This document shows, piece after piece, positions 18,623 through 27,986 of a stretch of DNA of 55,076 nucleotides. The notes under the pieces were generated by a model. The model did no database searches. It worked only from the letters and a program-made list of their open reading frames with translations, and was not told the DNA's origin. The DNA lies in the IMG/VR virus record IMGVR_UViG_3300042502_001806; one strand, written 5' to 3'. The position numbers and the translations under genes were made by a program. The DNA comes from an uncultured virus (IMG/VR IMGVR_UViG_3300042502_001806) (lineage: Duplodnaviria > Heunggongvirae > Uroviricota > Caudoviricetes). How positions within the stretch are numbered: the stretch's first letter is position 1; every line of letters begins with the position of its first letter.

Positions 18623-19596
18623 TATCTTAATACTGAATAACCAGTTTCCATTTTGTTAATAATCTCATCTGGTAAATTGTGTAATCTTAAATCGATTAAT
18701 CTCATATTACCTTTAATGTTTTCTACAATTGATTCAATTTGAGTTTTACTTAACTTTTTCTTTTCACAGATTAAGTCAGCTATATTCTCATATAAATCTG
18801 GATCGCCTAAGTTTACTTCACCAAACTCTTGTAGATATTCGTCATAAATTGTTTTAGCTCCTTTATCACCAATACCTCTTTTCTTTCCATTCTTAGTAAC
18901 AGACCAAACAGAGCCGATATTATCTGAAGTATCACCTGAAATGACTTTAATCATTAAAGATTCAACTGGGTCAATTTCGTTGATTTCATACTTGTTAATA
19001 AATCTATCAAGTAATAATAAGAAGTCTGTATTATCATTTAGACTAAAAATATCGTCACTTGGTAGTTTAGATACTTTATTCAAAAAGACTTGATAGTTTC
19101 TTGGTAAAAAGAGTTTTTCTTTATTATACATTTCATTAGTCATAATGTTAATGTACAATGGATCCAAACCATAGTTAACAATTTGTTTAATATCATAGTC
19201 ATTTGAAACTATGATTGCTGATCTTCCTTCTTTATTAGCTTTAGTAACTAAGAATGAAATCCAGTCATCACCTTCAACATGAGGTGCTTCTAAAATTTTC
19301 ACTAAATCTCTCATAGAATCTTTGAATTCACCGTAAGCGTTATAAACGAATTGCCAGTCAATATCAGAATCTTTTTTACGAGTAGCTTTGTAAGCAGTGG
19401 TTAATTGTTTTCTCCAAGATTTCTCTTTGGAATCAGAGACAAGATAAACATTAGCAAATGGGTACCACTTTCTATAATTGTTTATTGTATTCTCTAATGA
19501 CTTATGTAGTGCGCCGAACAATAAATTGTTCTTGTGTAGTGTGAATGTATTCTTACTTAGAATATAATTACCATCTATTATTAAATCACATATCAT
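18622..19596 (-). CDS. 5'-3' exonuclease / flap endonuclease (T4 RNase H-like)
   Basis: IDGN, SWRK..YKATR, EGDD, SND.D..Q, GDTSDNI, GIG.K.A. Confidence 0.9.
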   Translation of the reverse strand: MICDLIIDGNYILSKNTFTLHKNNLLFGALHKSLENTINNYRKWYPFANVYLVSDSKEKSWRKQLTTAYKATRKKDSDIDWQFVYNAYGEFKDSMRDLVKILEAPHVEGDDWISFLVTKANKEGRSAIIVSNDYDIKQIVNYGLDPLYINIMTNEMYNKEKLFLPRNYQVFLNKVSKLPSDDIFSLNDNTDFLLLLDRFINKYEINEIDPVESLMIKVISGDTSDNIGSVWSVTKNGKKRGIGDKGAKTIYDEYLQEFGEVNLGDPDLYENIADLICEKKKLSKTQIESIVENIKGNMRLIDLRLHNLPDEIINKMETGYSVLR

Positions 19597-19618
19597 TGGA
19601 TTTTATTAATTTTATTTT

Positions 19619-19644
19619 TATACTAAAATAAAGATGGTTTGTTT
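19619..19644 (-). promoter_or_regulatory. Putative AAAC-N18-TATA promoter
   Basis: Exact 18-nt spacing; heads the exonuclease-nusG operon. Confidence 0.55.
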
Positions 19645-19651
19645 TTCTAAT

Positions 19652-20074
19652 CTATTTAAGAATCTCTTTTATTTTTCTATCTCTTTCTAAAATTTTGAAT
19701 TTAATTTCTAAATATTCTTCTATCTCTGAAGGTAAGTTAAGGTTATTCTTTTTTAACTCATCGTAAAAAGGTTTACCTAAAACATTTAATGTTGAAATAG
19801 CAACAGCAAGATGTGGATCACCATAACCATCAACTTCAATATCTTCACCTAAAACACGATAAGTTGTTTTATTAATTGAGTAGTTCATAGTGCTACCGCC
19901 CCAAGTAAGATATTGACCAGATGATAATGTAGATGTTGTGATTGAAGAATTTGTACCAGATATGTTGATAACTCCAGAATTACCTACTGAGCTTGATATA
20001 GAAGGTGTTCCAAATACTGGAGCACCTATTGCGCTTGTGTGAACTGTTTGTCCGGCTATGTTTACGAATCCCAT
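19652..20074 (-). CDS. Ser/Gly/Thr-rich protein with C-terminal tag
   Basis: Ends RDRKIKEILK; TAG stop. Confidence 0.75.
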   Translation of the reverse strand: MGFVNIAGQTVHTSAIGAPVFGTPSISSSVGNSGVINISGTNSSITTSTLSSGQYLTWGGSTMNYSINKTTYRVLGEDIEVDGYGDPHLAVAISTLNVLGKPFYDELKKNNLNLPSEIEEYLEIKFKILERDRKIKEILK

Positions 20075-20103
20075 AGGAATTATATAAACATCATATAGAA
20101 AGT

Positions 20104-20649
20104 TTAGATAATCTTACTAATTTGAATATGGCGATAAAGACTTTGAAACTCTTCTCTTATTTCTTCTTTGTATTCATATGAATAATTATTTGAAAAATAA
20201 TCATATTCTTTTCTCTCTACTTTCTTACTAATTGATTCATAATTGGCTTTAACTTTATCAAAGCAGTTTTCTTTATCAGTCCACTTAACCATATTGTTAA
20301 TTAAGTCAAAGTCAATCTTTTTGAATCCGTCAAAAAACTCAACTTGAGCATGTGAGTATAGATAGTGTCTAATAACTTTATCATAATAATCTTCTTCTAA
20401 AACTCCTTTAGGATTTGATAACTCTGTTGTTGTAAAGTAAAACTCAACACCTATGTTTATTAAATGTTTAACTAATTTTACTATTGAGTTTGAAACTCTA
20501 TTGTCTAAAAAAACATAAACTATATCATCCTCAACAAAACAAACCGGTATATGTTCATATTTTTTGAACATAACAAATTTACCTTTAACAACCCAAGTAG
20601 GATTGACTAAAGGTCTAAATTTATCTGGTATTAAGTTATTTAAGTCCAT
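20104..20649 (-). CDS. Hypothetical protein with variant C-terminal tag
   Basis: Ends RHIQISKII. Confidence 0.75.
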   Translation of the reverse strand: MDLNNLIPDKFRPLVNPTWVVKGKFVMFKKYEHIPVCFVEDDIVYVFLDNRVSNSIVKLVKHLINIGVEFYFTTTELSNPKGVLEEDYYDKVIRHYLYSHAQVEFFDGFKKIDFDLINNMVKWTDKENCFDKVKANYESISKKVERKEYDYFSNNYSYEYKEEIREEFQSLYRHIQISKII

Positions 20650-20965
20650 TCTCTTTTAATATCTTCAAAAATAATCTTTTTTGTTTTTCTCTGGTTTGAC
20701 CATTACCTTCATCACGATAATAACCTTGGTCTTTGTTTGGAGAGTATTTTACTTTGTGTTTAGTGTCCCACTTTGTAGTGGTGTGAGTTTTAGCTCTAAA
20801 GTGTATTTCAGTTCCGATATAAATTGCTATAGTAGGTCTTTGATGATTAATGTCATTAACATCTCTAAATCCTCGCCACCACCTATTGGTACAAACAGCG
20901 CGAGTCATTCTACGAATGACTATTCGTTCTTCCATATACCTACGCCATGCTCTATTTCGGATCAT
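20636..20965 (-). CDS. Basic hypothetical protein
   Basis: Arg/Lys-rich; TATCTTTG at 20970-20977 (minus strand). Confidence 0.7.
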   Translation of the reverse strand: MIRNRAWRRYMEERIVIRRMTRAVCTNRWWRGFRDVNDINHQRPTIAIYIGTEIHFRAKTHTTTKWDTKHKVKYSPNKDQGYYRDEGNGQTREKQKRLFLKILKENGLK

Positions 20966-20988
20966 CAGGCAAAGATAGTAAAACTAAA

Positions 20989-22833
20989 TTACTTTAGCAA
21001 CTCTGTTTTTCTTAGGTCAGAGTTTTTACCAAACCATATATCTAAAGAATTAGCTGACATATCATCTTTTGAGATTAAAGTCATTTTAGGACTATTGATA
21101 ATATCTTGATACTCATCATCAACAAGTGCGGCTAAACCTTTCTTATACTTAATCTCATAGTTCTTCAAGTCGTTCTTAGCGGCCCAATCATTATATTCTG
21201 TTTGAGTATAGAAAAGAACTTTCTTTTTAGTTTTAGCTTTTGGAACAGCAACTACGATAGGAGTTTCAACTTTATAAATCATTCGTCTCTCAAACATATC
21301 AGGCCAGTACTTGTAGAAAAAGTTTAGAAGCAATCCAGCGATTGAATTTCCATCAACATCAGCATCTACATAGAAAAGTATTCTACCATATCTTAAATCT
21401 TTTAATTCAATTCTTTGTCCTAATTTCAAACCAATAGCCGCCATTAAATTAACAACTTCTGTATTTTGAACTAATTTTTGATTAGTCATTTCAGATACAT
21501 TTACAAACTTGCCTTTAAGAGCAAAGGCTCCCATTGTTTGTGGATCTCTATACTTTCTGAAAGCAGAGATAGCAGAATCACCTTCAAATAAACCAATTGA
21601 GTACTTCCATCTGTCTTTACCTTTAGCATCAATAAGCTTCTCAACTTTAATCTTGTCAAGTTTCTTATTTAAGTCTCTTTGTAATTTAGATTCTTCAGCA
21701 CTTTTCTTTTGTTGAATCCAATCTAAGATAGAATTAACTATTTCAGATTTAATAATTGATTGAATTAATTTATTAGTGACTTCAAAAGTAGAACCAAAGT
21801 CTTTAATCTCAGTGATAAGTTTCTCTTTAGTTTGAGAAGAGAATGATGGATTAATTACAGTAGAATCTAGGAATAGAAACATATGATTCCTTAATTCACC
21901 AGGTCTTACATCTACTTTATGTTTCTTCATAAAGAACTCTCTTAACTGAGCAATGATTTGATTCATCACATAATCAACGTGAGTACCACCATCATAAGTA
22001 TCGGTAGAGTTGGCGAAACTGACTTGTTGGAATCCATTGTTAGAAAGAGCTATACCTAAAGACCAAGTTTTATCTTTCTTAGCTTCGTAGAAGAAGTCTT
22101 TAGTATAATACTTAATGTAATCTTCAAATGTTTTGATATTGACTAACTTACCGTTAAAATAAACTTTAAGATTGGTATTACAAGCCGCAATATCATAAAC
22201 TCTTTTCTCAAGCATCTTAAAGTGGTCATCATCGATTCCAGTTATGGCAAACTTTTCGAAATCAATTAGGTAATTGATTTCAGTGAATCCTTTTGTAGAT
22301 TTCTTAACTTTAGCCGCGGTTCTTTTTCTCATATTATTAGAGAAAGTTTGTGTAAAGTGATTCACTCCGTCGCAAGTAGTTACTGTAAATTCTTTTGAGT
22401 AAATGTTAGTAAGTGTAGAACCCACACCGTTTGTACCAGCACCAGTTCTTTGTTCTTCATCATTGAAGTTAGAACCTGCTTTAAGATTCGAGAATATCAT
22501 CTCAGGAATCCACTCTTTATGTTGTGTGTGTTTAACTACAGGAATACCACCATTGTCCCAGATGTTTATGTAGTTTGTTGTTCTATCAATATTTACTTTA
22601 ACAGTATTTAATTTAGAACCTGCTCTTTTGCTTTCATCTACAGAGTTGGTAACAATCTCATCAAAAATTTTAAGTAAACCTGGATTATAGGTTACTTCTT
22701 TTTGAATCATTTTATCATCTTCAACTATCCATTTAGTAGCTTTGTGAGGTTTAATAGAACCGATATACATACCAGGTCTTAATATAACGTGGTCAATATC
22801 ATCTAACTTTTTGAACTTCTTATCTACTGACAT
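20989..22833 (-). CDS. Type IIA topoisomerase ATPase/TOPRIM subunit (T4 gp39+60-like)
   Basis: RPGMYIGS, EIVTNSVDE, GTNGVG, EGDSA, LKGK, DADVDG, KKGL. Confidence 0.95.
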   Translation of the reverse strand: MSVDKKFKKLDDIDHVILRPGMYIGSIKPHKATKWIVEDDKMIQKEVTYNPGLLKIFDEIVTNSVDESKRAGSKLNTVKVNIDRTTNYINIWDNGGIPVVKHTQHKEWIPEMIFSNLKAGSNFNDEEQRTGAGTNGVGSTLTNIYSKEFTVTTCDGVNHFTQTFSNNMRKRTAAKVKKSTKGFTEINYLIDFEKFAITGIDDDHFKMLEKRVYDIAACNTNLKVYFNGKLVNIKTFEDYIKYYTKDFFYEAKKDKTWSLGIALSNNGFQQVSFANSTDTYDGGTHVDYVMNQIIAQLREFFMKKHKVDVRPGELRNHMFLFLDSTVINPSFSSQTKEKLITEIKDFGSTFEVTNKLIQSIIKSEIVNSILDWIQQKKSAEESKLQRDLNKKLDKIKVEKLIDAKGKDRWKYSIGLFEGDSAISAFRKYRDPQTMGAFALKGKFVNVSEMTNQKLVQNTEVVNLMAAIGLKLGQRIELKDLRYGRILFYVDADVDGNSIAGLLLNFFYKYWPDMFERRMIYKVETPIVVAVPKAKTKKKVLFYTQTEYNDWAAKNDLKNYEIKYKKGLAALVDDEYQDIINSPKMTLISKDDMSANSLDIWFGKNSDLRKTELLK

Positions 22834-22858
22834 TTTACTTAACTTAGAATTTTAAGTA

Positions 22859-22884
22859 TATATGGTAAATAATTTCTTTTGTTT
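22859..22884 (-). promoter_or_regulatory. Putative AAAC-N18-TATA promoter
   Basis: Upstream of the topoisomerase large subunit. Confidence 0.55.
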
Positions 22885-22890
22885 AGGAAT

Positions 22891-23556
22891 TTAATCTTTT
22901 AGAGGAATTTCGGGATTAACTTCAAAGTTTCTATTTAAATAATCTTTTAGTTCATTTTCAATATAGTGTTGAGGAACTTCCATATTAGAATCCATATTAG
23001 CCATCTTCTCAGATAACTCTAATGAAAACTTTTGTAGAACTTCTGGTTTAATTGCTTCTACTAATCTATCGGATACAACGAATGCTCTTGTGAATCTATC
23101 TTTTTCGGTAGTTAAATCACCTTCAGCGATTCTCATTGTTGCGTCAATAACTTTCTTTAAGAAGTCTGGATAATCGTGTCCTGGATCTGCTAAGATAGGA
23201 GCAACAACTTTATTAAATGCTCTTGATGTACCTAAAACATAACCAAAAATTGCTAATATTGGAAAGAAAGGTGCTAATAACATTGGAACAATTCTGTGTA
23301 CGGCTTTAATAATACCTACTTTAAGTTCAGTTCCTTTTTTAGCGGCTCTAGCATCTTTGAATAAGGCATTTAACATACCAAATGTAAATACTTTACCATT
23401 TTCTTCTAAGTATTTTGCTAAATGACCTCTATGAGCGTGATATAAATATGTGTTGATTTCTTTTTCATCAGTTACACCTAATTTTATAAGTTCAGCCTTG
23501 ATATTACTATCAAACTTCTCTAAAATCAAAAAATCGTCATATTTTTTAAGTCTCAT
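22891..23556 (-). CDS. Hypothetical protein with N-terminal tag and a hydrophobic segment
   Basis: Start moved to 23556 (MRLKKYDDFLILE); TAATATATA at 23561-23569. Confidence 0.75.
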   Translation of the reverse strand: MRLKKYDDFLILEKFDSNIKAELIKLGVTDEKEINTYLYHAHRGHLAKYLEENGKVFTFGMLNALFKDARAAKKGTELKVGIIKAVHRIVPMLLAPFFPILAIFGYVLGTSRAFNKVVAPILADPGHDYPDFLKKVIDATMRIAEGDLTTEKDRFTRAFVVSDRLVEAIKPEVLQKFSLELSEKMANMDSNMEVPQHYIENELKDYLNRNFEVNPEIPLKD

Positions 23557-23666
23557 AATGTATATATTATTTTTACTTAGCATAAAAATAACATTGAAAA
23601 AATCAGTGTAATTTTTAAGAATTAAAGAACTTTATTAAAAATGACTTTTATACATGAATAGATATA

Positions 23667-24605
23667 TTGATGAAAATTTTATACGGAATACAACTTAATG
23701 GAAACGGACATATAACAAGATCTTTAGAATTGATAAATCAACTAAAGGTAAAAGGTTATGAGGTTGATGTTATTGCCTCTGGTGGTAATTACAGTATAGA
23801 ATTACCAGATTACATTAAGAAGTTCAAAGGTTTATCAATGTACTTTAACAAGTCTGGTAAAATCAATAAACTTAAAACAACATTATCATTAAATTTATTT
23901 AAATTAATAAAAGATATAAATTATGATTGTAGTGGATATGATTTAGTTATCTCTGACTTCGAACCTATAAGTGCTTACTCTGCTAAAAAGTACAAGGTAA
24001 GATCAATAGGTATTTCAAATCAAGTTTCAATTACAAAATCAAGTTTTTTAGAATCTCTTTTTATTAAATACTTTGCTCCTTGTGATTATTATATACCTTT
24101 AGATTATACAAATGGTTATCAGCCTATTATATCTGAGAAGTTCTTGAATGGTAAAGTATCTGATGAAGATTTCTATTTAGTTTACTTAGCCGCTTACAGT
24201 TTGGAACATATTAAGAATGAACTTAAATACTCAGATAAAAAATTCAAAGTTTATAGTAGTGATGTTATTGTAGATTACGTTTATAACAATATAGAATTCA
24301 AAAAATCAAATAAAGATTCATTTCAGTCTGACTTACTTAGATGTTCTGGAGTTATAACTGCTTCTGGATTCTCAACAACATCTGAGGCTCTTGTTTTAGG
24401 TAAAAGACTATGGTCAATTCCAATAAAAGGTCAGTTTGAACAAATTGATAATGCTACAAAGTTAAATAAGTTAGGTATCTATACAGATGACTTAACTTCT
24501 GAAAATTTAGAAAATTGGTTAAATAATTATACTAAAATAGATTATGAATGGATTAATCCAATTGAAAGTATAGTTACTAAAATAAAAGAGATATATGAAA
24601 GTTAA
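23667..24605 (+). CDS. GT-B glycosyltransferase (MJ1255/VC2487-like)
   Basis: KILYGIQ..GNGHITRS, ISDFEP, GF...SEA, P.KGQFEQ..NA. Confidence 0.85.
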   Translation: MMKILYGIQLNGNGHITRSLELINQLKVKGYEVDVIASGGNYSIELPDYIKKFKGLSMYFNKSGKINKLKTTLSLNLFKLIKDINYDCSGYDLVISDFEPISAYSAKKYKVRSIGISNQVSITKSSFLESLFIKYFAPCDYYIPLDYTNGYQPIISEKFLNGKVSDEDFYLVYLAAYSLEHIKNELKYSDKKFKVYSSDVIVDYVYNNIEFKKSNKDSFQSDLLRCSGVITASGFSTTSEALVLGKRLWSIPIKGQFEQIDNATKLNKLGIYTDDLTSENLENWLNNYTKIDYEWINPIESIVTKIKEIYES

Positions 24606-25329
24606 AACATTATTTGTATCTGATATACATTTAGGTAACCACAAATCACAACCAGAAAAACTACTTGAAGTTTTGAGAGACTACGAGTATGAAAATTTAG
24701 TAATTGTTGGAGACTTTATTGATTTAACATCATTAAAAAAGAAATTCTATTGGAATGCTAATCATTCAACAGTTATTCAAAAAGTTTTAAGAGCATCCAG
24801 AAAAGGAGTTAATGTTACTTACATATTAGGCAATCATGATTTCTATTTAAGAGGTTTAATAAAAGATGAGAATATAAACATTGGTGATATAACTATTTGT
24901 GATGAGATGTATTATGAAACATCTAAAGGTGAGAAAATATACATTTGTCACGGTGACCAGTTTGATGGTTTTATCAGATTACATCCTTTTTTATATGTCT
25001 TAGGTGACTGGGCTTACGAATTTAGTTTTAAGATTAACAAAGCTTATAACTGGTTAAGAAAAATTGTAGGTTTAGAATACTGGTCTTTATCTCAATATCT
25101 CAAATATAAAGTTAAGAATGCTATAACATTTATTAATGACTTCAAAATTTTATCACTTAGAAAATTAGATGAGGTTGATTGTGATTCAATTATGATTGGA
25201 CATATTCACACACCAGCAATTGAAAAAATAGGAGAAAAAACCTACTACAACACAGGTGATTTCTGTGAGACCTGTTCATTTTTATATGAAGATTTAGATG
25301 GTGAGATTAAGTTAGTCGTGATCGGATAA
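24595..25329 (+). CDS. Metallophosphoesterase, LpxH-like UDP-2,3-diacylglucosamine hydrolase family
   Basis: SDIHLG, GDFID, GNHD, HGD, GHIH, NTGD. Confidence 0.85.
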   Translation: MKVKTLFVSDIHLGNHKSQPEKLLEVLRDYEYENLVIVGDFIDLTSLKKKFYWNANHSTVIQKVLRASRKGVNVTYILGNHDFYLRGLIKDENINIGDITICDEMYYETSKGEKIYICHGDQFDGFIRLHPFLYVLGDWAYEFSFKINKAYNWLRKIVGLEYWSLSQYLKYKVKNAITFINDFKILSLRKLDEVDCDSIMIGHIHTPAIEKIGEKTYYNTGDFCETCSFLYEDLDGEIKLVVIG

Positions 25330-25333
25330 TCTA

Positions 25334-25359
25334 AAACAAACAAACATTTTTATCATATA
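25334..25359 (+). promoter_or_regulatory. Putative AAAC-N18-TATA promoter
   Basis: Upstream of the topoisomerase breakage-reunion subunit. Confidence 0.55.
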
Positions 25360-25366
25360 TAAACGT

Positions 25367-26710
25367 ATGATGACAGAAAAAACAATATCTGATTTCTTAG
25401 CCAATGAGTATAAGGAGTTCGCAATGTATTCAATTGAAGGTAGAGCTATCCCTTCTGTTATTGATGGTTTCAAACCAACTCAACGAAAAATTATTCACGT
25501 TTCAAACGATATCTGGAAGAATGGTAGTGAAAAAGCACTTAAAGTATTTCAACTAGCCGGTAAAGTAGCATCTGATGCTTTCTACCATCACGGTAATGCT
25601 TCTTTAGAGAATGCTATTATCACAATGGCTCAACGATTTAAGAACAATGCGGCTTTATTAGAAGAAGATGGTCAGTTTGGATCATTACGTTCACCTCAAG
25701 CTGGTGCGCCTCGTTATATCGGTACTAAACTATCTGAAAACTTTAGATTGATTTATAAAGACTTTGAACTTCTTGAATACAAAGAAGAAGAGGGTGAATC
25801 AATTGAACCAAGATTTTTCTTACCAATTGTACCAACCGTATTATTAAATGGCTCATCTGGTATTGCTGTAGGATTTGCTTCTAATGTTCTTAATAGAGAT
25901 ATTAAAAGTATCATTGATGCTTGTGTTAAAGTACTTGCTGATAAGAATCCTGGTGAAGTTAAACCATCTCTAAATGGATTCACTGGTGAGTTTGTTCAAG
26001 ATTCTGAGAATAATAAAAGATGGATGATTAGAGGTAAGTTTGATAGAGCAAATACTTCTACTGTTAAGATTAGTGAACTTCCTCCTTCAATGACTTATGA
26101 AAAATATGAAGAAATATTAGATAAGTTAGTTGATGATAAATTAATTGTTTCTTATGATGACAACTGTAAAGATAATATTGATTACACTATTAAATTTACA
26201 AGAGCTGATTTAGATAAGTTAGATGATGAGAAGTTAGTTAAGTTACTAAAGTTAGAAGAATCATCTACAGAAATCTTCTCAACATTAGATGAGTTTGGTA
26301 AGTTAATGATATTTGAAAATACAAGTGACATCATTAAATACTTTGTTAACTTCAGGTTAAAATATTATCACAAAAGAAAACAATTCTTATTAGATAAAAT
26401 GAACAGAGAGTTGAAAATACTTTCTAATCGTGGTCGATTTATTAAAGCCATTATTGATGGTAAGTTAAAAGTAAACAATGTTGCTAAAGCCCTCATCATT
26501 GAAGGCATTGAAGCAATGGGTTTGGATAAGATTGATGATTCATATGATTACTTATTGAGAATGCCTATCTACTCTTTGACTAAAGAGATGTATGAAAAGA
26601 TTAAAGAGGATTTTACTACTAAGAAAGAAGAAATTAAAATCTTAGAAGCAACTGATCCTAAAGATATGTACTTATTAGATTTAACTGAATTGAAAAAGAA
26701 ATTCAAATAA
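25367..26710 (+). CDS. Type IIA topoisomerase breakage-reunion subunit (T4 gp52-like)
   Basis: RAIP..DGFKP.QRK, YHHG, GQFG, APRY catalytic Tyr, GIAVG; no gyrase CTD. Confidence 0.95.
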   Translation: MMTEKTISDFLANEYKEFAMYSIEGRAIPSVIDGFKPTQRKIIHVSNDIWKNGSEKALKVFQLAGKVASDAFYHHGNASLENAIITMAQRFKNNAALLEEDGQFGSLRSPQAGAPRYIGTKLSENFRLIYKDFELLEYKEEEGESIEPRFFLPIVPTVLLNGSSGIAVGFASNVLNRDIKSIIDACVKVLADKNPGEVKPSLNGFTGEFVQDSENNKRWMIRGKFDRANTSTVKISELPPSMTYEKYEEILDKLVDDKLIVSYDDNCKDNIDYTIKFTRADLDKLDDEKLVKLLKLEESSTEIFSTLDEFGKLMIFENTSDIIKYFVNFRLKYYHKRKQFLLDKMNRELKILSNRGRFIKAIIDGKLKVNNVAKALIIEGIEAMGLDKIDDSYDYLLRMPIYSLTKEMYEKIKEDFTTKKEEIKILEATDPKDMYLLDLTELKKKFK

Positions 26711-26724
26711 ATTGAATATCTAAG

Positions 26725-27078
26725 ATGAATCAAAGATCAATTAATCTTTCACCCTGGAAAGAAATTTCTATATCAACTGAAGTACAACATCATACTTTAA
26801 TTGATATAGCAACCATTATCATAAGTGATGATGAAGACTATTATATAATTGAGGATGATATTGAAAAAGTAATGGATGTTAGTCAAATGCCTCATTATAT
26901 AAAAGAAGATTGGATTAACTACAATAAGAAAGAACTTAACCAAAAAGTTATAGATAAACACATCGCAGTTTATACCGATAAGTCTGAAATGATATATCCA
27001 CCTGACAGAGAAGTTGAAGAAATAATTTCTACACTAAAATCAATAAAAAGACATTTAATTATTAAAAAGATAATTTAA
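26725..27078 (+). CDS. Hypothetical protein with variant C-terminal tag
   Basis: Ends KRHLIIKKII. Confidence 0.7.
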   Translation: MNQRSINLSPWKEISISTEVQHHTLIDIATIIISDDEDYYIIEDDIEKVMDVSQMPHYIKEDWINYNKKELNQKVIDKHIAVYTDKSEMIYPPDREVEEIISTLKSIKRHLIIKKII

Positions 27079-27096
27079 TTTTTGTATATTTGCTAA

Positions 27097-27267
27097 ATGA
27101 AGCATTTAAGACCAAGAAAAGAAGATCCATTTAAAGATTTTGCGCCAGTGATGACAAAAGATTGTCAAGGTGTCTGTGATCGTCAAGTTGTAATGACTAA
27201 GGAAGGACCAGTTATTGTTTGTAATGGTTGTATGAGAATTGTAATGGATAATAGAGATAAAAAATGA
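27097..27267 (+). CDS. 56-aa four-Cys (Zn-ribbon-like) protein
   Basis: Not in ORF track; CQGVC..CNGC; TATATTTG at 27085-27092; ATGA overlap with the rhomboid gene. Confidence 0.75.
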   Translation: MKHLRPRKEDPFKDFAPVMTKDCQGVCDRQVVMTKEGPVIVCNGCMRIVMDNRDKK

Positions 27268-27827
27268 TAAATTTAACACCAGTTGTAAAGCAGTTATTAA
27301 AGATTAATGTTATAGCTTTTATTATATCATATCTTTTATTTGAAATGGGATTACCTTTTGTTAGTCAATTTCTATTATATCCAATTCAATCTGAAGAATT
27401 TCACATCTACCAGCTTGTGAGTTATATGTTTTTACATAGCTCACTCATGCATATTATATTCAATATGCTAGGTTTAATAACATTTGGACCAGATATAGAA
27501 GAAAGATTTGGTAGTAAAAAGTTTTTGAACTATTATTTAATAATGGGAATAGTATCTGGTTTATGTCATGCTTTATTTATAAGTAATCCAGTTTTAGGCG
27601 CATCAGGTGCTGTTTGGGGAGTTATGATGATATATGCTTTATCTAATCCAAATACAATTCTACATCTTTACTTTTTAATTCCGGTTAAAGTTAAATATAT
27701 TGTTGGTGTGTTTTTTACCATAGAGTTATACTTAGCACTTATAGGTGGTAGTGATGGTGTGAGTCATATTGCTCATGTTGGAGGTGCTTTAACTGGTCTT
27801 TTAATTTATTTGCTCAATAGAAAGTAG
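27264..27827 (+). CDS. Rhomboid intramembrane serine protease
   Basis: FLH...HIIFNM, GASG, AHVGG; multiple TM segments. Confidence 0.93.
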   Translation: MINLTPVVKQLLKINVIAFIISYLLFEMGLPFVSQFLLYPIQSEEFHIYQLVSYMFLHSSLMHIIFNMLGLITFGPDIEERFGSKKFLNYYLIMGIVSGLCHALFISNPVLGASGAVWGVMMIYALSNPNTILHLYFLIPVKVKYIVGVFFTIELYLALIGGSDGVSHIAHVGGALTGLLIYLLNRK

Positions 27828-27986
27828 CCTTTGCTCATCCATTGTAAATAAATTATAACTTTAGATAAATCTTTATTTATAACTTGATATATATATTATA
27901 TGTTATCTGGGCTAATATTCTAACATAATTTTTGTTAGTCACCCAATTTGAGATAACTTTTGTTTTGAAAAATTTTATTTTATTTT

